Part shown: piece by piece, positions 1-9,402 of the stretch | Position numbering within the stretch: position 1 is the stretch's first letter | Layout: each line of letters starts with the position of its first letter | NCBI GenBank assembly: GCA_017994175.1 | Contig: JAGOLH010000004.1 | Location: forward strand, 7,650 to 71,649 | Length of the DNA stretch: 64,000 nt | Origin: Bacteroidales bacterium | Lineage (GTDB): Bacteria > Bacteroidota > Bacteroidia > Bacteroidales > ML635J-15 | Direction of reading: 5' to 3' | Program-made: the position numbers and the translations under genes | Notes under the pieces: generated by a model | What the model saw: the letters and a program-made list of their open reading frames with translations, nothing else | Database searches by the model: none | What the model was told of the DNA's origin: nothing

Positions 1-784
1 TATTGTTGAAAGAACATGGCCAGGGTATAAATGCAATAAAACCCATGCTTTGTGGAGGTTTTTCGTTTTGCAATTCCCTGATGAGGTACAAATGTTGTAT
101 GCGTTCTTCGATTGTTTCAATATGCCCGAACATCATGGTTGCCGTAGTAGTAATACCAATTTTATGAGCCTGTCGCATCACTTCGAGCCATTCGTCAACA
201 CTACATTTTGCAGGGCTTAATTGTTTGCGGACCCTGTCGGACAAAATTTCAGCACCTGCTCCCGGGAGGCTGTCGAGACCTGCTTCTATCAGTATTTTTA
301 GGGTATCAGCAATTCCAATTCCTTCTTTTTTCGACAGAAACACAATCTCGGGTGGACCTAAAGCATGCAGTTTCAGGTTCGGGTATTTATCCTTTAGCGA
401 TGCAAACAGATGGGTGTAAAAACGCAGGCCAAGTTCCGGGTTCAGGCCACCTTGCAACAGCAACTGGTTGCCTCCTTCCCTGAAAAGTGTTTCTATTCTT
501 TCATGATAGTCATTCAAAGTTAAAGTGTACGCATTCGAAGATCCTTTTTTTGTGCAGAAATTACAAAAAAGGCACTGAACCTGGCAAATATTCGTAATAT
601 TCACATTCCTGTCGACAATCCATGTAACATTGCCAGGGGTGTTCATTGAATTACGCAGCATGTTTGCAGAGTTCATCAGCGCAGGAAGCGGAGCATGATA
701 GTAAAGGTTTAGCGCTTCATCAACACTCAGAAAATCGGTTTCAGCAGACCGGGCAAGAAGCTCTTTTACATAAGTGGTGGTCAT
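1..784 (-). CDS. radical SAM enzyme, MqnC/MqnE (CofH-like, futalosine-pathway) family; C-terminal part lies outside the window
   Basis: Own translation of the minus strand from ATG at 784: MTTTYVKELL...VDRNVNITNICQVQCLFCNFC (CxxxCxxC radical-SAM motif)...LLLQGGLNPEL...EAGLDSLPGAGAEIL...TTATMMFGHIET. The frame stays open to base 1. It is absent from the ORF track because it runs off the window. Confidence 0.6.
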   Translation of the reverse strand, partial: MTTTYVKELLARSAETDFLSVDEALNLYYHAPLPALMNSANMLRNSMNTPGNVTWIVDRNVNITNICQVQCLFCNFCTKKGSSNAYTLTLNDYHERIETLFREGGNQLLLQGGLNPELGLRFYTHLFASLKDKYPNLKLHALGPPEIVFLSKKEGIGIADTLKILIEAGLDSLPGAGAEILSDRVRKQLSPAKCSVDEWLEVMRQAHKIGITTTATMMFGHIETIEERIQHLYLIRELQNEKPPQSMGFIAFIPWPCSFNN

Positions 785-793
785 GCATCCGAG

Positions 794-1495
794 CTAAATA
801 TTTCCGGTTTTTCGCAGTTTATTCTCATCGAGAATTTTAATACGTCTTCCTTTTAATTCAATCATGTTCTCAGATTTGAATTCCGATAACAACCTGATAA
901 CAGACTCGGTTGCGGTTCCGATGAGATTTGCCAGTTCTTCGCGGGTAAGAGTAATTTTAAGAATATTTTCGGTATCGGTTCCAAATTCGTTTTTAATCAG
1001 CATCAGCATTTCGGCCAGTCGTTCGCGCACATTTTTCTGAGCCATGTCGGTAATAAAGTTATTGGCTTCACCCAATTCGGCACAGGCCAGTTGAAGCAAA
1101 TCGATGGCAAAATCGTTGTTTTTGCGAAGCAGGGCATATAAGTCGCTTGCAATTATATGGCAAAGGACGGCATCATCGTGCACTTTTACACTGGTACAAG
1201 CAGGTTCTCCATTCATAATGGACCGATACCCGAAAATATCACCGGGTTTTGCAAATTTTATTATCTGTTCCTTTCCGGCAACACCAGTTTTGTAAATTTT
1301 TATTACGCCTGAATGAATACAGTAAATTCCACTGATGCGCTGCCCCTCCTTATAAATAGCAGTACCCTTTTTGTAAGCTGAGCAGGTTTTCCGCTCACTG
1401 ACATAATCGAGCTCTTCCGGTTTCAACTTTCTAAAAATGCCTCTGTTGGTTATAAGGCAATCTTTACAAAGCGGCTCTTCAAAATGTGAAGTCAT
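794..1495 (-). CDS. Crp/Fnr family transcriptional regulator
   Basis: 233 aa. Has a cNMP-binding-like beta-roll (GDIFGYRSIMNGEPACTSVKV) and a C-terminal HTH (LTREELANLIGTATESVIRLLSEFK). N-terminal Cys pair: PLCKDCL. Confidence 0.8.
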   Translation of the reverse strand: MTSHFEEPLCKDCLITNRGIFRKLKPEELDYVSERKTCSAYKKGTAIYKEGQRISGIYCIHSGVIKIYKTGVAGKEQIIKFAKPGDIFGYRSIMNGEPACTSVKVHDDAVLCHIIASDLYALLRKNNDFAIDLLQLACAELGEANNFITDMAQKNVRERLAEMLMLIKNEFGTDTENILKITLTREELANLIGTATESVIRLLSEFKSENMIELKGRRIKILDENKLRKTGNI

Positions 1496-1637
1496 GATGG
1501 CAATTTCAATTTTTTACAAATATAAATATAAAATGAAAGATAAAATAACCCAATACTCATGCAATTGTTTATTGCAGTAATTTATGCAAAAGCTTATAAA
1601 ACAAATAAGTGAAAAAAGCCAGAAACTAAAATATGAT

Positions 1638-1667
1638 TTTGCAAATATCAATTATTTTATAAATTTG
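1638..1667 (+). promoter_or_regulatory. candidate Bacteroidota sigma-A promoter (-33 TTTG / -7 TAnnTTTG) for the Wzz-like gene
   Basis: TTTG at 1638-1641 and TAAATTTG at 1660-1667, 18 bp apart and 23 nt upstream of the ATG at 1691. Confidence 0.35.
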
Positions 1668-1690
1668 CCATCTAAACAGAGCAGCATTAG

Positions 1691-2701
1691 ATGAGCGACA
1701 AGGAAAATCAGTTCAGTTTTGACACCCGTAATCTTTTTAATTTCATTTTAGCGAAGAAAAAACCGTTAACTGTTATTGTCGGATCTGCTTTAATAGTGTC
1801 ACTGATACTTAGTTTTCTGGTTCCCGTAAAATATAAATCATCTGTAATTTTATATCCCGCCTCTCCCGGGTCTGTTTCACAAAGTTTACTGTCTGAAAGT
1901 TTTGCTGAAAAAGAACTCCTTAAATTCGGAGAACAGGAAGAAGTTGAGCAAATGATGCAAATATTGCAATCATCGGCTATCAGAGACAGAATAATACAGA
2001 AATATGATTTATTCAAACATTACAACATTGATAAAGCAGGGAAATACCCCAATACAAGCCTTTACAGGCAATATCAGAGAAATGTTAAAGTTGTTCGCAC
2101 CGAGTATATGTCGGTAAGAGTTGATGTTTACGACGAAAACCCTAAAATGGCTGCCGCAATAGCCAACGATATTGCTGCTCTTTACGACAGCACGGTAAAC
2201 ATTATGCAGAAAGAACGAACATTAAAAGCATTTCTACTTGTAGAACAAGAGTATAATTTGGTCAAGGAAAAAATCCAACGCATTCAGGATACTATCAGAA
2301 CGCTGCACGAAAAGGGTGTTTTTGATTTTGAATCGCAAAGCGAAGTCTTCAACGATCAGCTTGCCTTAGCTCTGGCGCAGGGAAACCAACGAGGGGTTCA
2401 GGAAATTGAAAAGCGTCTTGATATTCTCGCTGAATATGGAAGTCAATACACCAATCTGAGAGACCAACTTCAGGAAGAAATTAAAAATCTTGCCAAAATT
2501 GAGTCGAAATACGCTGAAGCCAAGGTTGATCTCCATCAGGACCTTCCGCATAAGTATGTTGTAAGCAAAGGTGAAGTTCCTGAGAAAAAGGCGTATCCTA
2601 TCCGCTGGGCAATTGTAGTGGTAAGCACATTTGCAGCTTTCTTTTTCGCCTTAATCATACTGCTTTTTTTGGACCCGATTAAAAAAAAAAAGAATACCTG
2701 A
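1691..2701 (+). CDS. Wzz-like polysaccharide chain-length determinant (PCP) family protein, no kinase domain
   Basis: 336 aa. N-terminal TM (LTVIVGSALIVSLILSFLV) followed by PVKYKSSVILYP, a long coiled-coil middle region, and a C-terminal TM (WAIVVVSTFAAFFFALIILLF). Confidence 0.6.
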   Translation: MSDKENQFSFDTRNLFNFILAKKKPLTVIVGSALIVSLILSFLVPVKYKSSVILYPASPGSVSQSLLSESFAEKELLKFGEQEEVEQMMQILQSSAIRDRIIQKYDLFKHYNIDKAGKYPNTSLYRQYQRNVKVVRTEYMSVRVDVYDENPKMAAAIANDIAALYDSTVNIMQKERTLKAFLLVEQEYNLVKEKIQRIQDTIRTLHEKGVFDFESQSEVFNDQLALALAQGNQRGVQEIEKRLDILAEYGSQYTNLRDQLQEEIKNLAKIESKYAEAKVDLHQDLPHKYVVSKGEVPEKKAYPIRWAIVVVSTFAAFFFALIILLFLDPIKKKKNT

Positions 2702-2754
2702 ACCAATTAACCCGATTACTGAATCATGTTGAATTTGAAATAAACTATAATCTT

Positions 2755-3699
2755 ATGGAACAATACTTCCGAACAAAAAAGCTTTTTGAAATATCGCTGA
2801 AGTACAAATGGCATTTGTTAACTATTGCCGTTGTTGCTGCGGCTGTTGGTGTGATTGTTTCTTCGCCGTGGGTTATAAAACCAAAATACAAATCTTTTGC
2901 TGTGGTTTACCCCGCCAATGTCTCCCCATTTTCGGAGGAATCGGAAACAGAGCAATTGCTTGAGGTAATTCAGTCTCTTGATATCCGTTTTCGCGTTTGT
3001 GAAACATTCCAACTGGGAGAGCATTACGGTATCAGTAAAAACAACCCACATTTTCAGACTTTGCTGAACAAAGAATTTGAAAACAATGTAACTTTTCAGA
3101 AAACTCCAAACGAAGCCGTTCAAATTACGGCATTAGACACCGACGCACAACTTGCCTCCGATATTGTTGATTCAATACTTTCGTTTTACAGCCAAAAGAT
3201 GCTTACTATGATCCGGTCAAAGTCGAAAGAAATTGTTCTCATCAAGCAGGGTCAAATGAACAGAAAAGAAAAAGAAATAGACAGCCTGACTAATATTATC
3301 AACGAGTATCGGCAAAAAAACAACTTACTTGATTATAAAACTCAGGTGAAAGTTTATTCCGAAGCTGTTAGCGGTGGGAAAAGCCTTGAAGAAGCACGCA
3401 AAATGCTCGATAACTGGAAACAGCTTGGTTCTGAGTATATGAAAACCGACTCAACCCTTTGGTTTGCAATCACCGATTTTCACAGATTAAAAAAAGATTA
3501 CGACGAAGCTTTTATGCACTCTATTAAAGAGCTGACCTTTACTCATATTATAACGCATCCTTTTCCGGCGGATAAAAAATCATATCCCATTCGTTGGTTA
3601 TTTGTTCTTTTTTCGGTAATAGGTTCTTTATTTGCTTCATTCCTGATAATTGCCATCATCGAAGGGCGAAAGGAAAAAACCAAAAACGGTGCTGTCTAA
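2755..3699 (+). CDS. Wzz-like chain-length determinant family protein (tandem paralogue)
   Basis: 314 aa with the same two-TM topology (KPKYKSFAVVYP after TM1). Shares the KK(A/S)YPIRW motif before the C-terminal TM with the upstream gene. Confidence 0.55.
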   Translation: MEQYFRTKKLFEISLKYKWHLLTIAVVAAAVGVIVSSPWVIKPKYKSFAVVYPANVSPFSEESETEQLLEVIQSLDIRFRVCETFQLGEHYGISKNNPHFQTLLNKEFENNVTFQKTPNEAVQITALDTDAQLASDIVDSILSFYSQKMLTMIRSKSKEIVLIKQGQMNRKEKEIDSLTNIINEYRQKNNLLDYKTQVKVYSEAVSGGKSLEEARKMLDNWKQLGSEYMKTDSTLWFAITDFHRLKKDYDEAFMHSIKELTFTHIITHPFPADKKSYPIRWLFVLFSVIGSLFASFLIIAIIEGRKEKTKNGAV

Positions 3700-5140
3700 G
3701 CGAAAGATAATTGCATTTTATGTGCTTTCAATACTTTTTATTGTATTGAATGTTTTGTTTGTATATTTTACGGAATCTCTTGTTTTCAACGCACTTCCTT
3801 TTATCCTGCTTTTCTTTCTGTTTGCATTGTTTTCGCTGGATAAAATGCTGATTGTTTCGTTTGCTTTGGTTCCACTTTCGATACCCCTGAAAGAATTGCT
3901 TCCGGGATTGGATTACGACATGTCGCTTCCTACAGAACCTTTGTTATTTCTAATTCTTCTTATTTTCATTCTAAAACAACTTCGCGACAGAGATTTCGAT
4001 ACCGCTGTGAGCAAACATATAATAAGTAAAGTTCTGTATTTTTACCTGGGCTGGATGGCAATCACAGTGATTACAAGTACAATGCCCATTGTTTCTTTGA
4101 AATTTTTGCTGGTAAAACTTTGGTTTATCATTCCTTTTTACTTTCTTCTTACACAAGTATTTAAAGATTATAAAAACATCAATAAATCGTTTTGGTTTTA
4201 TATCATTCCTTTCATTATTGTAATTGCTTACACCTTATTCAGACATTCCGCATTCTATTTCGATCAGAAATCGGCGAATTATGTCATGACACCTTTTTTC
4301 AACGACCACACGTCATATGGGGCATTGCTAGCGATGTACATTCCCATTTTGGTTGGAATGATAACCGATAAATCGCAGAAAAAAGCTGTGCGGCTAATTA
4401 GTGTTTCTGTGCTTGCCATTTTTGTGCTTGCTATTATTTTTAGTTATACACGTGCTTCATGGGTAGGTTTAATTGCCGCTTTGGGACTATGGTTTTTACT
4501 AAAAATGCGCATAAAAATCAGGACTTTGTTCATTGGGGTTGGTATCGTTCTCACGTTATTTGTTTTGTATCAGTCGCAAATCATGATGAGCCTTGAACAG
4601 AACAAACAGGACTCATCAACAAATCTCGAAGAACATGTTAAATCCATTTCTAATATTGCTACCGATGCAAGTAATCTGGAGAGGATAAACCGATGGAATT
4701 GTGCGGTGAGAATGTTCAAAGAAAAACCATTATTTGGCTGGGGTCCAGGGACATACCAGTTTAAATATGCACCATTTCAATTCTCTTACGAAAAGACAAT
4801 TATCAGTACAAATGCCGGGGATATGGGGAATGCTCATAGTGAGTATCTCGGACCTTTGGCGGAATCGGGTGTTTTTGGCCTGTTGTCGATGATTGCTATT
4901 GTGATAGTGTTTTATATCACATCTATAAACCTGTACTATAAACTTACCGATTTCAAGACAAAAACACTGGTTATCAGCATTATATGCGGGCTTACAACAT
5001 ATTTTATTCATGGCTTGATGAATAATTTCCTCGATACCGACAAAGCATCAGCTCCATTTTGGGCATTTTTTGCAATAATTGTTGCCATTGATGTATATCA
5101 TAAACCCAAAAGCGACACCGAAATTCAGACAGAAAAATAA
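3650..5140 (+). CDS. O-antigen ligase/polymerase family (Wzy_C) membrane protein
   Basis: 496 aa, polytopic. Motifs SYTRASWVGL, KEKPLFGWGPGTY and GNAHSEYLGPLAESG. The ATG at 3650 overlaps the upstream gene by 50 nt; GTG at 3686 is an alternative start. Confidence 0.75.
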   Translation: MPSSKGERKKPKTVLSKRKIIAFYVLSILFIVLNVLFVYFTESLVFNALPFILLFFLFALFSLDKMLIVSFALVPLSIPLKELLPGLDYDMSLPTEPLLFLILLIFILKQLRDRDFDTAVSKHIISKVLYFYLGWMAITVITSTMPIVSLKFLLVKLWFIIPFYFLLTQVFKDYKNINKSFWFYIIPFIIVIAYTLFRHSAFYFDQKSANYVMTPFFNDHTSYGALLAMYIPILVGMITDKSQKKAVRLISVSVLAIFVLAIIFSYTRASWVGLIAALGLWFLLKMRIKIRTLFIGVGIVLTLFVLYQSQIMMSLEQNKQDSSTNLEEHVKSISNIATDASNLERINRWNCAVRMFKEKPLFGWGPGTYQFKYAPFQFSYEKTIISTNAGDMGNAHSEYLGPLAESGVFGLLSMIAIVIVFYITSINLYYKLTDFKTKTLVISIICGLTTYFIHGLMNNFLDTDKASAPFWAFFAIIVAIDVYHKPKSDTEIQTEK

Positions 5141-5208
5141 TTAGTTTGTTTGAACAAAAAGGCCTGATTTTTATTTATCTTTCGTGTCATTTTTAATTTA
5201 GCAAAATT

Positions 5209-8200
5209 ATGCCTAAAGCAATAATTTCGTTTTTGATTTTATGGTCTATTAGCTTACCTCTTTATTCACAGATAAACAGCTACCCATACAACGAAGGGTT
5301 TGACGTTGCATCCATTCCTTCCGAATGGACTCAGGAATTTGTATCAGGAGCTGTTCTATGGTCGATTGGCAGTGGTGGTTATGGTGGATATCCTTCAGCT
5401 CCCTATTCCGGAAGTGGAAATGCTCTTTTCAGCAGTCCTAACTACAATAGCGACGAAACAATGCTGATAAGCCCTGAATTCGATTTATCAGCTGTGCAAA
5501 ATCCAAGGCTTCGGTTTTATCACGCGCAATATAACTGGGATACCGATCAAGATGTAATGAGTGTTTATTATCGACAAGGAGAATCGGGAGAATGGATTTT
5601 GATTTCGAGCTATAACACCGCTGTAACCGCATGGACGCTTCGGGTAATTGAATTACCTGAACCATCTTCGTCATACTTTATCGGATTTAAAGCAACCTCG
5701 GGATATGGTTTTGGTGTTGTACTCGATGATGTAGTTGTAGATGATGCCCCCCAATGCAATACTCCCTCAGAATTTAGTGTGTTGAGTACCTCGACCGAAT
5801 CGGCAAACTTTAACTGGACGTCGGAAGCCAACCTTTGGCAACTTGAATACGGACCCGTAGGATTTTCGCATGGTGGAGGAATCTTAGTCGAAAATATTAC
5901 AAGTGCGCCGTTCACCTTGTTTGGGTTAACCGAGGGGCAATCGTATCAGGCATATGTTCGGGCTGTTTGCTCCGGAAATAACAGTGAATGGGCAGGTCCG
6001 GTTAGCTTCACTGCCGATTGCAATTTAATAAATGCAAATAATTTTATTGAAGGGTTTGAAAGTTCATCTGCTCCTCCAGCTTGTTGGTCGGTAGTGTATC
6101 AGAACACAACCCCACCGGCAGGAAACCTCGTAACACATACAACAACCTATGCCTTCTCTGGCAATAGGTCGTTTCGTTTCAGTTCCTATTCTCCGGGACC
6201 TCCCTACGGGCAATACCTCATTACTCCGGAAATAGGCTCTTACACGGGGACAAGAGAATTGCGATTTTGGTATAAAAGATACTCTTCAGGAAGCGAAACT
6301 TTTCGGGTTGGGTATAGCACAACCGGAACCAACCTTACTACCGACTTTAACTGGACCGAAGAAATTACTGATGCAACAGCACAATGGAAGCTTTACAACA
6401 TGGTATTGCCACCAAATGTTAAGTTTGTTGCAATCAACTACCGGACAGTTTTTCAGTATTATTTATATCTGGATCAGTTTCAGATACGCATTCCCCCAAC
6501 CTGCCCCCAGCCCGAGAATCTACATGTCAGCAATATTACTGCAGTTTCAGCTCATATCAACTGGCTTGCAGGATCCAACGAAGAATCATGGCAGGTTGAA
6601 TATGGATTTTCTGGGTTTTCGCATGGCGAAGGCACTATTACCAATACATCTTTTCCCGTGCATATTCTTCAAAACCTGAGTCCGAATTCAAACTACGATG
6701 TTTATGTGAGGGCTCTTTGTGATGAAGAAAACAGCACATGGGTTGGTCCTTTATCGTTTTCCACACCATACGGGTGTCAGCAAATAACCAATATAAGCAT
6801 AAGTAATGTCAGTGCCACATCGGCTTTTATCGATTGGGTACCATCCGGTTCAGAAGAAAGCTGGAATATGGAATACGGAATATCCGGCTTTACCCCAGGA
6901 ACCGGCACCATTATTTCCGGCATAACCGAAAGCCAATATTCACTAACCGATTTACTGCCAAATACAACTTATGATGTAAGAATCCAGGCATATTGTGGAA
7001 ACGTATACGGAGTATCGCTGTGGTCGAATTTTTCAACATTTCTCACACTCCCTTGCAATGATGGGTGCAATTACACTTTGCAGCAATCGGATGCATGGGG
7101 CGACGGCTGGGGCGAAACTTATATTTCGGTATTGCAAAATGGGATTGAAACTAATAAAGTGTATATGACCAGCGGCTCATTCCAAAGTGCAGATATATAC
7201 TTATGCAACGAAGCCTCGGTAAGTCTCGTTATACATCCTTCATCTTTCGTCAGCGAGGTTGGATTAAACCTGCTTGACGCGTTTGGTAACAGCATTTATC
7301 AATTACCTATCAGCACCCTCGAAGAAGGAATCTCGGTTACAACACTGGTTACATTTTTTGCATCCTGCACAGAACCCGAATGCTATCCTCCGATAAATCC
7401 AGCAATTACCAGTATTCATGCTGAAGGTGCAGTGGTTTCGTGGGAAGCATCGGCAAGTATCGGGAATTATCAGGTAAGCTACGGGTTTAGCGGTTTTAAT
7501 ACAAATGAGGGCTATCTTAGCGAGGACCTGACAGAAACCAATTATACTATCTCTGGCTTGTTTCCCCAAACCACCTATGAAGTTTACATCCGTACCTTGT
7601 GTACTTCCGGTAACAGCATTTGGTCGGGACCCTATTCTTTTACGACTACTTCCATGAACCTTTCAAACCCTATTGCTTGTAACGCAGCCCTGAATATTCC
7701 CGACAATAGCTGTGTTAGTTACAGCATTTCGGTAAATGACCCTGAAAACGAAACACTAGGTATGGATGTTCTTATTGATGAGATCCGTCTTATTATGACC
7801 CATAACTTTGACGGTGACATCGATTTAAGCCTAAGCTCACCTGATGGCACAACGGTTCTTCTTTTTAGTGATGTTGGAGGAAGTGGCGATAACTTTGGCA
7901 ATAACAACGGAAGTTGCAACCAATACACAAGCCTCGCCATGGATGGCGCTAGTGGTGCAATTACTTCAGGCACAGCTCCTTTTATCGGTTCTTTTATTCC
8001 TGAAGGAAATATCAATGCATTCCATAATGGCGGAAATATTAATGGCGACTGGACACTGCAGATATGCGATGACAATGCTGCTTTTACTGGAACACTTCAG
8101 TATTTCGAAATCGTGTTTACTGAACAAAAATATCTTGAATGGAGTTCTCTGCAATTTGTAGAAAGCCCCGAAAACAATGGCAGCATTAGTAACTCAGTGA

Positions 8201-9339
8201 ACCTTGGTTTATACAACGAAACATTTGCTGTGTCGGGCCCTTTGAATGAGGGAGCGCACTATCTTACTTCGAATATTCCTTCAGGGCTTACTGCCCATGT
8301 CGAAGTTGTATCGCCCAATTCGGCATTACTCACCCTTACAGGCTATGCTTTAAATCATTCTAATGCCAGCGATATAAACAATATATCTATTGAATTTTTA
8401 AATGCTGCTTTTTCAGGGGGGCAGGCTTCCGAAATTGTTAATTATAAACAGCTTTCACTGAGTATCGATTTTAAAAACCTAACAGACATTGCTAACCTGA
8501 CATCATCGGAAGATGAATATGTTTGTGAAACAGAGCTGAACAATTATTTTGTTCAATATATGTTTGTAAATACCGGTGAAAACATTATTCCCGCTGGAAC
8601 AACATTTCAAATGAGAGTTGAAGATGCTTCGGGGAATATATTGTTATCAGAAAACATCATCCTCAGCAACAACCTCGACCTCGGCGAGGATTTAGGCGGC
8701 ATTTCGGTGAATTCCATTCACTTTGCCGATATTGGATTACATAGTGTGAAAATCATTGTAAAAGCCCCTTCCGACATTTTACCTATAAACGATACCATTG
8801 TAAAAAATATCGTTGGGGTTGAACAAAATATCGTCTTCTGGTTTGCAGAAAACGATAGCCTTAACGTTACTGAATACCCTGCTATTGTTGCTGCCTGGAT
8901 GGATTTTAATCCTGATTCAAGCCTTAATTATACCTATTACTGGGAAAACGGTATTTCCACATCTAATTCAATTGATGTTATTGCTGATGGATGGTATCAT
9001 TGTACAATAACAAGTGAAGCATGCCCTATAACCGACTCAGTCTATGTATATCTTACCAGCCCGGTAGCCCCAGAAAAAATGTTTTCAAGCTTTGAAGTGT
9101 ACCCAAACCCGGTAAATGATTGGTTATATTGTAAAACTAATTTAGACCCGTCGCAAGATTTTACTGTTGAATTGATAAACATTGAAGGAAAGTGTATTAG
9201 CAGTCTACTATATAATGGCTTCAGTTCAGGGGAATTAAGATTATTCAATTACTCCGGATTGGCTCCTGGGGTATATTTTGTCAGAATTTATACCCGCGAA
9301 CAAGTTCTTTCATTCAAAACACTTTATTATAACCATTAA
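5209..9339 (+). CDS. secreted multidomain T9SS cargo protein: 2x choice-of-anchor-J/MAM-like, 4x FN3-like, proprotein-convertase P-domain, type-A T9SS CTD
   Basis: 1,376 aa with a signal peptide (LPLYSQ). Four copies of a C..P....V......A...W......W..EYG..GF..G.G...Y.VY(V/I)R..C....S.W.GP..F.T module at ~5755-6021, 6499-6774, 6775-7053 and 7368-7650. P-domain signature NGDWTLQICDDNAAFTGTLQYFEIVF (~7650-8120). C-terminus FEVYPNPVNDWLY...GVYFVRIYT (9082-9336). Confidence 0.8.
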   Translation: MPKAIISFLILWSISLPLYSQINSYPYNEGFDVASIPSEWTQEFVSGAVLWSIGSGGYGGYPSAPYSGSGNALFSSPNYNSDETMLISPEFDLSAVQNPRLRFYHAQYNWDTDQDVMSVYYRQGESGEWILISSYNTAVTAWTLRVIELPEPSSSYFIGFKATSGYGFGVVLDDVVVDDAPQCNTPSEFSVLSTSTESANFNWTSEANLWQLEYGPVGFSHGGGILVENITSAPFTLFGLTEGQSYQAYVRAVCSGNNSEWAGPVSFTADCNLINANNFIEGFESSSAPPACWSVVYQNTTPPAGNLVTHTTTYAFSGNRSFRFSSYSPGPPYGQYLITPEIGSYTGTRELRFWYKRYSSGSETFRVGYSTTGTNLTTDFNWTEEITDATAQWKLYNMVLPPNVKFVAINYRTVFQYYLYLDQFQIRIPPTCPQPENLHVSNITAVSAHINWLAGSNEESWQVEYGFSGFSHGEGTITNTSFPVHILQNLSPNSNYDVYVRALCDEENSTWVGPLSFSTPYGCQQITNISISNVSATSAFIDWVPSGSEESWNMEYGISGFTPGTGTIISGITESQYSLTDLLPNTTYDVRIQAYCGNVYGVSLWSNFSTFLTLPCNDGCNYTLQQSDAWGDGWGETYISVLQNGIETNKVYMTSGSFQSADIYLCNEASVSLVIHPSSFVSEVGLNLLDAFGNSIYQLPISTLEEGISVTTLVTFFASCTEPECYPPINPAITSIHAEGAVVSWEASASIGNYQVSYGFSGFNTNEGYLSEDLTETNYTISGLFPQTTYEVYIRTLCTSGNSIWSGPYSFTTTSMNLSNPIACNAALNIPDNSCVSYSISVNDPENETLGMDVLIDEIRLIMTHNFDGDIDLSLSSPDGTTVLLFSDVGGSGDNFGNNNGSCNQYTSLAMDGASGAITSGTAPFIGSFIPEGNINAFHNGGNINGDWTLQICDDNAAFTGTLQYFEIVFTEQKYLEWSSLQFVESPENNGSISNSVNLGLYNETFAVSGPLNEGAHYLTSNIPSGLTAHVEVVSPNSALLTLTGYALNHSNASDINNISIEFLNAAFSGGQASEIVNYKQLSLSIDFKNLTDIANLTSSEDEYVCETELNNYFVQYMFVNTGENIIPAGTTFQMRVEDASGNILLSENIILSNNLDLGEDLGGISVNSIHFADIGLHSVKIIVKAPSDILPINDTIVKNIVGVEQNIVFWFAENDSLNVTEYPAIVAAWMDFNPDSSLNYTYYWENGISTSNSIDVIADGWYHCTITSEACPITDSVYVYLTSPVAPEKMFSSFEVYPNPVNDWLYCKTNLDPSQDFTVELINIEGKCISSLLYNGFSSGELRLFNYSGLAPGVYFVRIYTREQVLSFKTLYYNH

Positions 9340-9402
9340 TTCTTTAGAGCTTTTGTACAACTTTTTTTCAATTTTTCGTCTTATTAACAGCGTCGTGTCC
9401 AA

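Noticed and set aside
1560-1576. A perfect inverted repeat TGCAAT-N5-ATTGCA (plus other TGCAA copies nearby) upstream of the Crp/Fnr gene, as a possible operator.
   Set aside because: By rough estimate, a 6-bp palindrome with a free spacer is expected by chance in a ~200-bp AT-rich region. It matches neither the FNR (TTGAT-N4-ATCAA) nor the CRP consensus.
2681-2691. An A11 homopolymer near the 3' end of the first Wzz-like gene, as a possible slipped-strand phase-variation switch.
   Set aside because: It encodes the terminal KKKK just 3 codons before the stop. A frameshift would change only the last few residues after the final TM, so an on/off effect is unlikely.
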